This document shows positions 27,631 to 39,100 of a DNA stretch of 64,000 nucleotides, piece by piece (the stretch's first letter is position 1; every line of letters begins with the position of its first letter). The notes under the pieces were generated by a model. The model did no database searches and was not told the origin of the DNA. It saw only the letters and a list, made by a program, of their open reading frames with translations. The position numbers and the translations under genes were made by a program. This stretch comes from a virus. The stretch lies in the IMG/VR virus record IMGVR_UViG_3300032315_000647, positions 50,746-114,745 of that record; one strand, given 5' to 3'.

Positions 27631-30391
27631 GATTTTTAAGAGCTTTTACAATCGAACCGTTCTTACCTTTCTTTTTAGGAACTAAAGGAGGTGTTGCAAG
27701 ACTTGGTTGTTCACTATCACCTGTGTAAATAGTTGGGATGTTGAACTGACCAAGTTGGAAATTCTGAGTTCTAAAATTAGGACTGTAACGATAATTGTAC
27801 ATGTTCTCATAAACTTGCAACTCTCTATTCTGCAATTTGTTCTGAGCATATTTAGAAGCAATTGAATTGAGAGCAGCCTGTGTTGTAGCCTTTGTTTTAC
27901 TCATAGCTTCAGACTGCCTTACATATTGCTTATCAAGAATTTCTAGATTTTGAAGCTGTGTTTTATTCAGAAGATCTCTGTTCTCTCTTGAGATTTGATC
28001 TCTCACAGCTTGATTTATACGGAATTGCTCACCTAATACCTTCTGGTTTGCAGCATATTTTTGAGCAGCTAATTGATTTTGAAGAGCTGGATTGTAACCA
28101 ACAATTCTCTGTTGTGATCTGAAGGTAGCTTCGTTTTCATTTAACACATCCTGAAGAGATACATTATAAGGAGTGCTTAATTGAGGCTGGAACTTCTGGG
28201 CCTGAACAGGTTGTAGTTGATTGGTAGATAGTGCAAACATTTCACCACGCAACTGATTAGGATCCAATTCTTCAACATCACTAGGTCTTATGTATGGAAG
28301 AACTTGACTGATTAAATCTGAAATTTTAGATGTTCCGTATTGAGGAATTTTAATGTTATCTCCAGGTTTAATAGTGGTTGTTCCAATTGTTGTAACAAGT
28401 GGAAAATCTGGTATGCCTGAAGTTCCATCTTCATATTCAACTGCTGCACTAGCAGTTTGTTCTCCTAATTTACGATCCTCTAGAAGCTGTACATTACTAT
28501 TAGTTTCTTTGGCAAGTTTATCAAAAGCTTTTTGAAACTTTAAAACATCAGCTTTATTCTTAGGATTGAAGTTTGTCCAATCATACCACGGATTATTTTT
28601 CTTCAATGTTTCAATATCGTCAAGTGTTACATTTCCATAAGCAATGTTTGTTTGTCTTTGTCCTTTAGGAACTTCAGCCAATGCTGTTGCTCTTTTTGGT
28701 TTTTTTGTACCAGCTTGAGCTTTTGAAATAAATGCACCTTCTCTAGCCATAATTGTTCCTTTATCTGTGGCTTGTAGTCCAAATTCCTCAACAGTGTCGT
28801 TCATAGCTGTTTGCAAAGCTGCAGCATCCATTTTATTCTGAGCTATGTCTTTAAGCTTTTGATTTCCACCATCTATCTGAGCTTTCAATGTATTGAAAGC
28901 CAATTGATCATAAGGAGTAATTACATCAAGCTCATCAAGTTTATTCACTGCACTGTTCACCTTCTGATTAATCTTATTTTCATTCTTTGAAAGATCAGCA
29001 ACGTATTTCTTAAAATTGAGACCGTCAGCACCAGGAAGCATACCTTTAGGAACTTTTAGATTACCAAATACTACTAAACTACTATCACCACCAGAACCAT
29101 CTTTCATCTTCATAGCTGGCTCATTACGCTCAACTTCTACAGGACTATTACCAAATGTTACACCTATACCAGTGTTACCTTTTCCATCAGATTCTTCATG
29201 AGACTGACCTTTGAACATAATTGTTTCTCCATCCTCAGGAAGATATGGATTGTAAGACATAGGTTCAGCATATCCACCCCAATGGGTTTGGAGTTCTCCA
29301 CCTTCTTGCATCATCGGTCTTTCTGTAGACATAGCTCTTGCACTAGGGGGAGTGTAATCTTTTAAGTGTCCACCAGCCCTAAGCATATCAGCATCCTTAG
29401 GAGACTTCAGCAAGTCTTTCAATTTATGTTCTCCAAAGGTAGTGATTACTTGAGGTTGCCATGAATTACTCACCCATTTATACTCATCATCAATGTTCAC
29501 AGTTCCACCATCTTTCATGAACGAACCAAACTGACTAGCGAGTGCTTGATTCATAGCACCTTGTTCCATATTTTGTAAACCTTGCTCCATGTACTTTTTG
29601 GTATCTCTACCAATAAAATACTCTGGTATAGCACGTTGTAACCCTAGTCCTAAATCTAACACTTGCATTCCAGCATCTATCATTGTGCCAGTTTGAGCAT
29701 CTTGAATATATCCTCCTTCTTCAAACTGTTTAAGTCTACTACTTTCATCAAGAGGTTCATATCCAAGATTGTCATACAAAGTCCCAGGACTATAAGTATT
29801 CTGTATTTCAGCACCATTCTTCGCCATACCAAGAACATCATATCCTCCACCATAAGGCATCACTCCCATTTGATCAGCCTCAATAGGATTGTCTTCAGGT
29901 CTTACATATTGACGTTTTGCAAGATCAGGAGTTTGTGAAGCGGCTTGTTTAACTATTTTACTAATATCTAAAAACTTCTTAGCCTCTTTTCTTTGTTTAA
30001 AAGCATCAACAACAGCTCCTACATTTTGAATAGTTTTAGCTAAAGGGGTTCCTCCAAGAGCACCAAAGTTGAACTTTCCAACATTTTTTGTTTCTTGAGG
30101 AGTCATTCCTGTAATATCATATGCAGTGGGACTCACCTGACTTTCTAAACTAGGAAGACCTTGTGGCGTATAATTTAGAGAAGGTGTTCCACCGAACTCT
30201 ACAGGCTGCATGAACTTAGGGGCAGAAGCATTATATTTAGGAAGTCCTTTTAAACCCCACTGTTCAATGCCTGTTTGAGCTTTTTTAAACTCTTTACCAT
30301 GAGCTTTCATGAATGCCTCTTCTGTAGGATATTTCTTATAGAATTCCTTTTCAGACTTTACACCAGCGAGTTTGAGCATTTTTGCTTTCAT
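27626..30391 (-). CDS. Virion cargo protein (crAss cargo-protein-1-like) with repeated xxxG(G) motifs
   Basis: 921 aa; GQSHEES...VEVERNE...VVFG block; Gln-rich coiled-coil C-terminus; many AQTG/MKDGG/MQEGG-type motifs. Confidence 0.7.
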   Translation of the reverse strand: MKAKMLKLAGVKSEKEFYKKYPTEEAFMKAHGKEFKKAQTGIEQWGLKGLPKYNASAPKFMQPVEFGGTPSLNYTPQGLPSLESQVSPTAYDITGMTPQETKNVGKFNFGALGGTPLAKTIQNVGAVVDAFKQRKEAKKFLDISKIVKQAASQTPDLAKRQYVRPEDNPIEADQMGVMPYGGGYDVLGMAKNGAEIQNTYSPGTLYDNLGYEPLDESSRLKQFEEGGYIQDAQTGTMIDAGMQVLDLGLGLQRAIPEYFIGRDTKKYMEQGLQNMEQGAMNQALASQFGSFMKDGGTVNIDDEYKWVSNSWQPQVITTFGEHKLKDLLKSPKDADMLRAGGHLKDYTPPSARAMSTERPMMQEGGELQTHWGGYAEPMSYNPYLPEDGETIMFKGQSHEESDGKGNTGIGVTFGNSPVEVERNEPAMKMKDGSGGDSSLVVFGNLKVPKGMLPGADGLNFKKYVADLSKNENKINQKVNSAVNKLDELDVITPYDQLAFNTLKAQIDGGNQKLKDIAQNKMDAAALQTAMNDTVEEFGLQATDKGTIMAREGAFISKAQAGTKKPKRATALAEVPKGQRQTNIAYGNVTLDDIETLKKNNPWYDWTNFNPKNKADVLKFQKAFDKLAKETNSNVQLLEDRKLGEQTASAAVEYEDGTSGIPDFPLVTTIGTTTIKPGDNIKIPQYGTSKISDLISQVLPYIRPSDVEELDPNQLRGEMFALSTNQLQPVQAQKFQPQLSTPYNVSLQDVLNENEATFRSQQRIVGYNPALQNQLAAQKYAANQKVLGEQFRINQAVRDQISRENRDLLNKTQLQNLEILDKQYVRQSEAMSKTKATTQAALNSIASKYAQNKLQNRELQVYENMYNYRYSPNFRTQNFQLGQFNIPTIYTGDSEQPSLATPPLVPKKKGKNGSIVKALKNL

Positions 30392-30392
30392 G

Positions 30393-32309
30393 TTATTGAT
30401 ATTTGTCTAACCAGCCACCTTTTGTAGGCTTGTTATAATTTGTAAAGTTAAGAAGTTGATCAAGCTTTTCAATGGGTTTAGCATCAGCTTGATTTATGCT
30501 AATTCCTTTTTTAGCTATAGGAAACTCTGTAACGTATTCACCATCAAATTCATAATCCTCTCCAGGTTCCATATATTGCATATCTCCTGTATTGGATATT
30601 CCTATTAATGGTTCATACACATCCTCCATAGTGATGTCTGTGGAAGGGATGATGACAGGGTTGCCCCAGTTCTCAGGGTTCCAATATCCTTCAGGGTCTA
30701 CAGCAATTTCTCCACCATCTTGAAAAGATTTTGGTTGTTTACCTAAATCAAATATAGTGGGAACATTAGATGTAAATTTTTTAGATTCTTCAGGTTGTTC
30801 ATAGAGTTTTGTGTATGGAGAAGTTTTGATTGCCTCTTGAAACTCTTCTTCAAACCCAGGGTCTTTATTAAGTAGTATCTGATTTATATATGTAGATGTT
30901 TCTTTAGGAAGCATCTTCATCCAATCTAATGATTTATATATATCTGTATTTTGTTTTGCTTTATCAAGAGCTTTGGTCAAATTACCCATTCCCCAATTAT
31001 AACCAGCAAGAACTTTAGCTAGTTTAACCTCTTCCGATTGATTAGGATTATTTAGAGCTTTTCTATTATACAAATCATCCATTACCCACTTCTGCACTTT
31101 TACAGAATATTCAGGATCAGTAAGGTCTCCAGGTTTTTCTTTTGTAGCATTGAGATAGTGCTTGTGTGTAATAGGCATTATTTGTGTAAGTCCAACCGCA
31201 CCTACAGGAGAAACAGCTTCAGGATCAAGTCCTGACTCTCTGAATGCTTGTTTAATCAAAATATCTTTTGGTACACTTTTTCCATCTTGTGCTATCTCTA
31301 CACCATCTCTACTGATAGTTTTAGGCTCAAAATCAAGTCCTGCTTGATAGTAGGACATCATTTTACCACCGTTATTATACTCTTTAGTGTTCTTACTAAT
31401 GCTTTTAATTTTCTCTTTAAGCAAAGGTTCAATTATGCTATGAGCTTCATTCTCTACAGTTCCTTTTTTAGTATATGGTGTTGATGTTTTCAATTCCGCA
31501 AAGTCTATGTCAGAATAGTCTAAAGGAGAAGTATCCTTACCATATTTCAACTTGTTCTTCAGGTCTATGATAGGTTTCTTTACATATTGTGGTAAATCAT
31601 TGTTTAACCATTGCGTTCCTTTTTCAATAAAATTATCTTTCATTTGTACATGATGTGCCATTTCAGCAATCCATGTATCAATATTGTTTGCGTATATAGT
31701 TTTTGTCAAAGGGTTATAATGCCCTGGGACATTTTTAAAAAGTCCTTCTCTAATTGCAGGATTGACTTTTGGAAAACCATATTGTTTACCAAGAGCCATT
31801 ATTCCTGAGTACGTTCCCATCTCACTATCATATTCTGATTCTGGATTACCTACTTCTTTTCTGATTTCATCTAATATGTTGTTATAAAAATCTCTTGTCT
31901 GTTTATCTTTTGATCCAACAATAGTTATTTCAGGAAGATTTCTTGAATCAGTAAAAGTTTCTTTTTCAGTGATGATTGGTTGTTTAACTCTTGTTGAATC
32001 TGCAACAGCTTTTTGCTTTATTCCATTCTGAGCACTAGCCTTTGTCTTCTTAGCATAAGGACCATTACTAGGAGCTCCATGTCTTGCATACATATTTCCT
32101 ACAGCACCTGGAAGATTACCACCCATTGCAAACTGTCCACCCCATGCAGGACTGTAATTACGTCCTTTAATATTGTTACCCATCCCTACAAATCCTGGAG
32201 GTAATGTAGCATCAACATCATTGGGATTGGGCTTTTTGCCATAGTTATCCTTGGTCTTTTGCTTTAATACACCACCACCATTTTCATATTTATCAAGCCA
32301 GTTGTTCAT
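30393..32309 (-). CDS. Virion-associated protein with soluble lytic transglycosylase (SLT) domain
   Basis: QAFRESGLDPEAVSPVGAVGLTQIMP and LAGYNWGMGN are the SLT ES/GLxQ/AYNxG motifs (~30860-31270). Confidence 0.8.
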   Translation of the reverse strand: MNNWLDKYENGGGVLKQKTKDNYGKKPNPNDVDATLPPGFVGMGNNIKGRNYSPAWGGQFAMGGNLPGAVGNMYARHGAPSNGPYAKKTKASAQNGIKQKAVADSTRVKQPIITEKETFTDSRNLPEITIVGSKDKQTRDFYNNILDEIRKEVGNPESEYDSEMGTYSGIMALGKQYGFPKVNPAIREGLFKNVPGHYNPLTKTIYANNIDTWIAEMAHHVQMKDNFIEKGTQWLNNDLPQYVKKPIIDLKNKLKYGKDTSPLDYSDIDFAELKTSTPYTKKGTVENEAHSIIEPLLKEKIKSISKNTKEYNNGGKMMSYYQAGLDFEPKTISRDGVEIAQDGKSVPKDILIKQAFRESGLDPEAVSPVGAVGLTQIMPITHKHYLNATKEKPGDLTDPEYSVKVQKWVMDDLYNRKALNNPNQSEEVKLAKVLAGYNWGMGNLTKALDKAKQNTDIYKSLDWMKMLPKETSTYINQILLNKDPGFEEEFQEAIKTSPYTKLYEQPEESKKFTSNVPTIFDLGKQPKSFQDGGEIAVDPEGYWNPENWGNPVIIPSTDITMEDVYEPLIGISNTGDMQYMEPGEDYEFDGEYVTEFPIAKKGISINQADAKPIEKLDQLLNFTNYNKPTKGGWLDKYQ

Positions 32310-33175
32310 TACTTATAAGAAATTTGAGCAGGTGTATAAATGAATTGACTAACGAGATGAGCATCATGTCTGTTATCAAGGATGTGCCTAACCTTCAGTT
32401 CTTTAGCCCTTAACGGTTCCTTCTTAAAGGATCTTTTGCCATAGTCCATATTGGATTGGTTTACCACCTTATCTATAGACAATGATTCGCATGTACGTAC
32501 AAACAGAGGTTCTTGTTTATTCTTCACCAATGACCAGAAAGTATTGTATTGGTAGAAGTTATCACTCTTAGTGAATGTTATGGTTTTACTTTCTGTTCCA
32601 TAGATTGGATATTTCATATAATCTTTCAGGTTGTTGATTGGTTTTGCAACCAGTTCAAGCACTCCTGTAGATTGTTGACCGTTGTACAACACTGCCTTAT
32701 TAAACCAAGCATTGTCAGTTTCTACCTTGCGATTGTCATCAGATACGCCATCTGTATCAGGAAAATACTTATATGCCTTTGTGTAATCCTTAACACACTG
32801 CAATATCTCGTCATGATATTGATATGCAAAAGGATATTCAATGATGTAGGGTTCTATGTTCCCATAGAAGTAGTTATATATCACTGGATTTTTCAGGTGT
32901 CTCCAGATACAAGCTGTTGTTGTCTGCTTATATCCTGCAAATGCTAAATCATATGATGTCACTGTTCCAATTGGAAAAGTTTTCTTCTTTTTACATTTTC
33001 CAGTGGACTGTAAAGTGATTAGTGTAACATCATCACTAACACTGTAGCTAGTTCCATCAATCATTTTTTCTTTAGAAACATCACTTGCTATGATGTTTCC
33101 AAATTGATCACTGATTGTGAATGGGCCAACATTTGCTGCTGAACTAGTTAATTTTATGATGATTGTTTTTGACAT
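32309..33175 (-). CDS. Putative separated C-terminal part of the muzzle/tail stabilisation protein, with a small N-terminal beta domain
   Basis: IWRH...YNYFYG...PYIIEY...FNKAVLYNGQQSTGVLEL resembles the C-terminus of crAss-like stabilisation proteins as I recall them. Confidence 0.55.
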   Translation of the reverse strand: MSKTIIIKLTSSAANVGPFTISDQFGNIIASDVSKEKMIDGTSYSVSDDVTLITLQSTGKCKKKKTFPIGTVTSYDLAFAGYKQTTTACIWRHLKNPVIYNYFYGNIEPYIIEYPFAYQYHDEILQCVKDYTKAYKYFPDTDGVSDDNRKVETDNAWFNKAVLYNGQQSTGVLELVAKPINNLKDYMKYPIYGTESKTITFTKSDNFYQYNTFWSLVKNKQEPLFVRTCESLSIDKVVNQSNMDYGKRSFKKEPLRAKELKVRHILDNRHDAHLVSQFIYTPAQISYK

Positions 33176-33186
33176 CTTATTCTATT

Positions 33187-36100
33187 TTAACATGATAGGG
33201 TTCCACAACTATTAGCAGAAGATTGTGCTGTAACATAAGGAGAAGTTGGTGAAGTCTCTGGACCAAGTTCATATTGGTATCCATCATCACCACAAACCCA
33301 AGATTGTGTAATAGGTGATAGGGAGTATATAATTGATTCATTCACCCCACCATTCTGTACACAGTTCAAGTATTGTGTAGCAAGATAGTAACGTTCTCCA
33401 GCAGTTGTAGTTGTTGTAGTTGTGGGTGGTTCTGTTGTAGTGGTAGTGGTAGTTGTTGCAGAACAATCAAACACACTTATTATTACACCACTTGAATTAG
33501 TTTCATAACAAATATTGTTGTATGTATAAGCTATTGTCTGATAGGGTGTTCCATTTGAATTATACAATATACAACCTAATACAGGAACCTGACAGTTTGA
33601 ATATTTATCACCTGTTGGAATTCTTGCTAATGGTACAGGGCAACAATTTAAGTTCTTACCTATATATCCATCAACTAATAAATACAACACTGTTGTAGTT
33701 GTAGTGGTTGTTGTAATATTACTATTTTCACAATCTACACAAGTCTCATATACTGTCGATGGTACATTTGCAATTGGTTCACCACTAGATGTGTCAGTGA
33801 TGAGCCAACATTTTCCATCATAAAAGAAACTCTGTCCAACAATTCCTCCATCATTTGATAAGAAGAGCGCATTTTCAAGAGGATTGCTACACCATTGAGC
33901 GTTATAAATATATTCAATTAGTTCTGTAGTAGTTGATGTGGTTGTAGATGTGGAACTAGAAGTTGTAGAACTTGTTGTTGTAGTTGTTACTTCAATAGTT
34001 GTTGTAGTGGTTGTGGTCGTAGGTTCAGTGGTGGTTGTTGTGGTGGTTGTGGGAGACTCAGTAGTGGTGGTAGTAGTGGTTACAGGTTGTGTGGTTGTAG
34101 TGGTGGTAGTTGTTATAAATTCTGTAGTTGTAGTTGTTGTAGTGGTAATAGGTTGTGTTGTACTAGTTGTTGTTGTTACAGGTTCAACAGTGGTGGTGGT
34201 TGTTGTAGTTGCAGGTTGAGTTGTAGTGCTAGTGGTTGTAGTTGTGATAGGTTCAGTTGTGGATGTAGTAGTTGTAGTAGTAATGAGTTCTGTAGTTGAT
34301 GTAGTGGTGGTAGTAGAAGGAGGTTCAGTGGTAGTAGTAGTTGTAGTGGTTGGTAATTCTGTTGTTGTAGATGTTGTTGTAGAGGGCATATTAGTTGTTG
34401 ATGTAGTGGTTGTAGTGGTTGATGATGATGTACTTGTGGTAGTTGTTGTTACACAACTATTTTGACATTCAGTCGTACCACCTGTAATGATCAAACCTGT
34501 ACCTGAAGGAATGTCCCTACTACATACATTTATAGATGAACCATTGTCAAGAATCTCAGTTGTGGTTACACCTGAACAACAATCAGTCCACTGAGCAGTT
34601 TGTTGCACACCACTTGAATTCAGGATGCTGTATTCATAGCAAACTAAAGGTGCTTCGGTGGTAGTGGTAGTGGTTGTAGTTGGTGTTTCTGTTGTGGATG
34701 TGGTTGTTGTTGTGGGTGTTTCTGTAGTGCTACTAGTTGTTGTTGTAGTGATAGGTGCGATGGTTGTGGATGTAGATGTAGTGGTGGTGGTGATTGGTGG
34801 AATTGTTGTAGTTGTTGTTGTGGTTGGTTCTATAATTGTGGTTGATGTGGTAGTAGTGGTAATTGGTGATTCAGTTGTACTTGTAGTGGTTGTGGTTGGA
34901 ACTTGAGTTGTTGTTGTACTAGTTGTAGTGGTAGAAGAGGATGTAGTTGTTGTGCTTGATGTGCTAGTGGTAGTAGTGGTGGTGCTGCTTGTAGATGTTG
35001 TAGTAGTTGTAGATGTACTACTGGTTGTAGATGTAGATGTGTACTGTATAGCAGTGGTTGTGCTCGTGGTACTAGGAATAGGACCAGGAGTTCCCAATAT
35101 TACATCAAAATCATCACAACATCCATTTATACCAGAATAGAAGAAATTGTTTTCTCCTATGTACCAGTTTGGCAGATAGCTATGGAAGCTTATCCAACTT
35201 TTTGTATTAAAGTTAAAAGATACTGTCCAACTTTTATTACAGAAATATCTGTCATCTGTTAGATATATCACCTCACGTATGGAAAGTGAATCGTACATTT
35301 TATCAATGTAGAATTCATTCTCTTCAGCATCATATTTTACATCAGTGGTCTTTGGAATATAATCAAGTTTTGTAATAATCACCCTATCATACTTACTATC
35401 ATATACACCATGTAAACCAACTCCTGTGAAATGATTATCTGTAGGTACATTAGGAAAGTAACGCAATATTTCAAAAGCAAGATGGTCTGTAAAGAACCTG
35501 TTCATTCCTGATCCGAATGCAGATAGATCTACAGCTTGTGTACCAGTGATTAAGAAAACTTGACCACGTTTAGCATCTATTGTCACTTGTCCTTGAGGAA
35601 TCTTCAGTAACATTTTGTTCTGTGTTCCTACATATCCCAAATCTGTTTCTGCAAAATCAATAGGAGGTGCACCTCTAAAGAGTGTAGGGCTTCCTACGTA
35701 TGCAGCTTGAGGATTGCTTGTATCTATCGTAAGGAGGTTATTATACATAAGTGTCTTGTTCTCAAAGCGAGCAAGAACAGCTTTGTTTTGAATTCCATCT
35801 AACGATATAAGATTGCCATAGTTTTGAGGAAAGTCATAATAAGACAGAGGTCTGTATATCAACCAACTATTCACTCTGTTATCAGAATCAATGTTCTGAG
35901 GATCAGAATACACTGCTCTGAAGGGATAATATGTGAAACAAGGTTTATCCCAATCAACTGGCAGATGAGTGAATGTGTTTTCTCTATTCTGTTTAGAATA
36001 TGTGGTGTTATAGTAATACGTATTGTCCTGAGCAATGGGTACAGAAGTTTCTTGGAGCCAACTATCAGGAATTGCTGAACTAACACGAGGCCAGAAGTCT

Positions 36101-39100
36101 CCTTCTGCATTGTTGAATGCTTGGCGTAAATCTACGTTTACAGAGGATTCACAATAGAAGTTAGGGATACCGTATGCAAACAGATACATCTTTCCATCAT
36201 AAAATGTTCTGTCAGGGTTTAATACTGGAGGAGTGGCGTTAGGATCAGGCTTGGGAAATTGACTATTTGGACAGTCAAAATAATGTGCCTTTATAGATAT
36301 GATGTTAGTTAATGGATCAAGTGCTACAGTGGGATCAAAATTAAAAAGTACAGACCTTGCTGAAAACCAATATTTAGGATAGGCCACATTACCTATTTCA
36401 TCATAGAATATATCACTGTCATCAGGAGCTCCCACTCTATTGTCTATAAAGAAAGGAAGCTTTGTCTTGAATGTAAATCTATTAATAAATGTATCACCAC
36501 CAAACACAACATCGGTGTTAGGAGTGGTGTTATCAAGAAGTTGTTGATATCCTGTATCTATTGTTTCATAAGAATATATCTGTCCCCATTGGTTAGGGAA
36601 GATAGTTTTCATACTTCCGTAATAAGAAACAACCTTTATTTCAGACTGTTTCTCTGGTGAGGAGCATAGATTTCTTTGTGAAACCGTATATCTAGAATCA
36701 TCAGTGATAGCAGGAGTTATTCCTCCAACAAGAAGGTTTGGTGTGTTTTGTGCATACGGTAGTGCAGATAACGTTTCCTTTGTTTTTATATATACAGAGG
36801 ATTCTCTATTGTAATTGTTTACATCAAGATCATCTCCTGTGTTTTGAACACCTGGAATCAAATATCTAGCAATGTCTAGAGATCTTTGTTTAACTCCTAA
36901 GTTGTTATCAACGTTTGCTGAATAGTCATAGTTAGCTATGCTATTGAATGAATAAGTGTAGTTCCTTCTAGTGATGCCGTTGATGTATATAGAGAGATAT
37001 GCTTGATATGCAGTGAATAGTGCAACAATATCAGTGCCTGCTATATTTTCACTAGATGTTAAAGCATCTAACTGAGCTTGGTATGAAAGAAGTTTGTACA
37101 AAGCATGTTCTTGCACTTGTACATGATGACCTCTTCCTGCACCAAATATAGCACTCTCAATCTTCAGAACATTTCCTAAGAAAGGTTGTCCAAAGGATGT
37201 TTCAGGAGAATTGAATACATATCTATATTTAGAGGAATCAGTATCGAAAGCCTTCAGTTGATTTGGAAGACAGTATTCATTAGCACCAACACTTCCATCA
37301 GACAGTTGTCTAATAGTGTACCCTCCTACATGCGATCCTACACTAGGGGATGTTCCAATTTTAACTTGTAAAGTTCTGTTCTGTCTTGTAAGTAGTAAAA
37401 ATGATTGTACATTATTGTATATATCTACATACGAGAAGTTTGCAAATATACCATCACATGATACATAATATGTATCGTATTGTAGTACAATTGGATCTGC
37501 TAAAAATGTACCACCGCTACCAGGAACAGGAACAGGTGTGGTTGTTGAACACTGTGTATATTTTTGGTTAGCAAACATTTCTGCTGTCTGCAAACTATTG
37601 TCAGAACAGCTTGTATATTCATAATATCCACTTGTTGCACAAGTGAATTCAAATGTCAGACATTCTTCATTGTAAGCATTGTTTTCCTCTAACAAGAAAG
37701 GATCTTCTCTAAGATCATTATATGGATAGTTAGGAAAGTAGTATTCTGTTTCTTCTCTCTTATACTTACCAATATTCCTCAGTATTCCCTTTGCTACAAT
37801 AGATTTATTAGTGGATCTGTTACCTCTAACTATCTTGAATCCAGCAATGTTTTCTTTTTGTTCAACTGTAAGATTTGATAGAGAAATCAAAGATTCTATC
37901 TGACTGATGTCAATCTTCACTCCTATTGGGAATACACTCACATCCTGCATAACAACAGGAATATTTGGAGAAAGAGTGTAAGCCCCACTTTCAAATATAG
38001 GACTAACAAGAACATCAGGAAACTTGTGGTGTCTGATGGGAGTGTTTGCAAGATCACCCCACACTTCCTTATTGCAAGGGTAGAGATCTGTGGATTCCCA
38101 ATATGCAAAATCTCCATATTGATATGGAGTGGCATTACCAATATTAACTCCTGTTGCAGACCCTGTTACAGATGCAGTGTTATAGATCTTCCAATAAGGA
38201 GAATATCCCACACCACCAGATGTGTAATCAGGAGTGCCTATGAAATCAGGATTTGTATCAGGAACATCTGGTTGAGAAAGCTCATTTGCATTCTTTATTC
38301 TTCCTGGGATGTGGAATCCGTCTGTTTGTTTACCATTCTTAAGTAGGAACACTATTTCAAAAGCATACACTTCATCTCTTAGATAACCTCTAAGATTAGT
38401 GGCATTCAACTCATCTGCATAGTTTTCATCTGCAGGAAGTTTGTATGTTTGCCACTGAAGAGATATTTGATTAGCAATGCCTTGATAGTTTACACGATCA
38501 ATAGATGTAAGATTGTCCCATATCAAAACATCTTGTGCATTAGTGATGTCTTGTGCAACATCATAGTATGGGAACTTTTCAAATACATCATCAATACTTA
38601 AACGGATCTGTGTAACATTCTGACCTGTGTAAGTGATTTGTCTTTGTACGTCATTAATATCATACGTTCCTACCAACTCTACAGAGGTGATAGCATTTAT
38701 TGTTTTAATGACAGCCAGATTGAAATTCTGGTAGAGACCAGTGTCCTCAAGATTTGAAACATTGATAATAATGGACTTTCCAACAGGATAGTTGAAATTC
38801 GGTGTTGTTATGAACTCATCAGCAATTGGTGTTGGGTTTGTAATAGAATAATATGATGTATAAGGATTGCCTTGAGCATCACTATATTGTATTGCAAATT
38901 GATAAGTACCAGCAATTAGATTTCCTGTACTCGTAACATCAACTATTTCTAATTGAGGAATCTTGAAATTAGGTTGAATCTTGAGTTGATTACAATCAAG
39001 ATCATCTGTGTAACTAGCGCTACAGAAGGGAGTTCCAGACTTTAAGATCTTTGGAACATTATCAATATCTAAGTATCTTCTAGAATTATATCCGTCAGTC

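Noticed and set aside
33176-33189. Stop-codon readthrough fusing the two muzzle parts
   Set aside because: The 11-nt gap puts the ORFs in different frames, and the downstream ORF has its own ATG and leader
33938-35140. Poly-Val plus-strand ORFs (also 43723-44070)
   Set aside because: Reverse complement of the Thr (ACN) tracts
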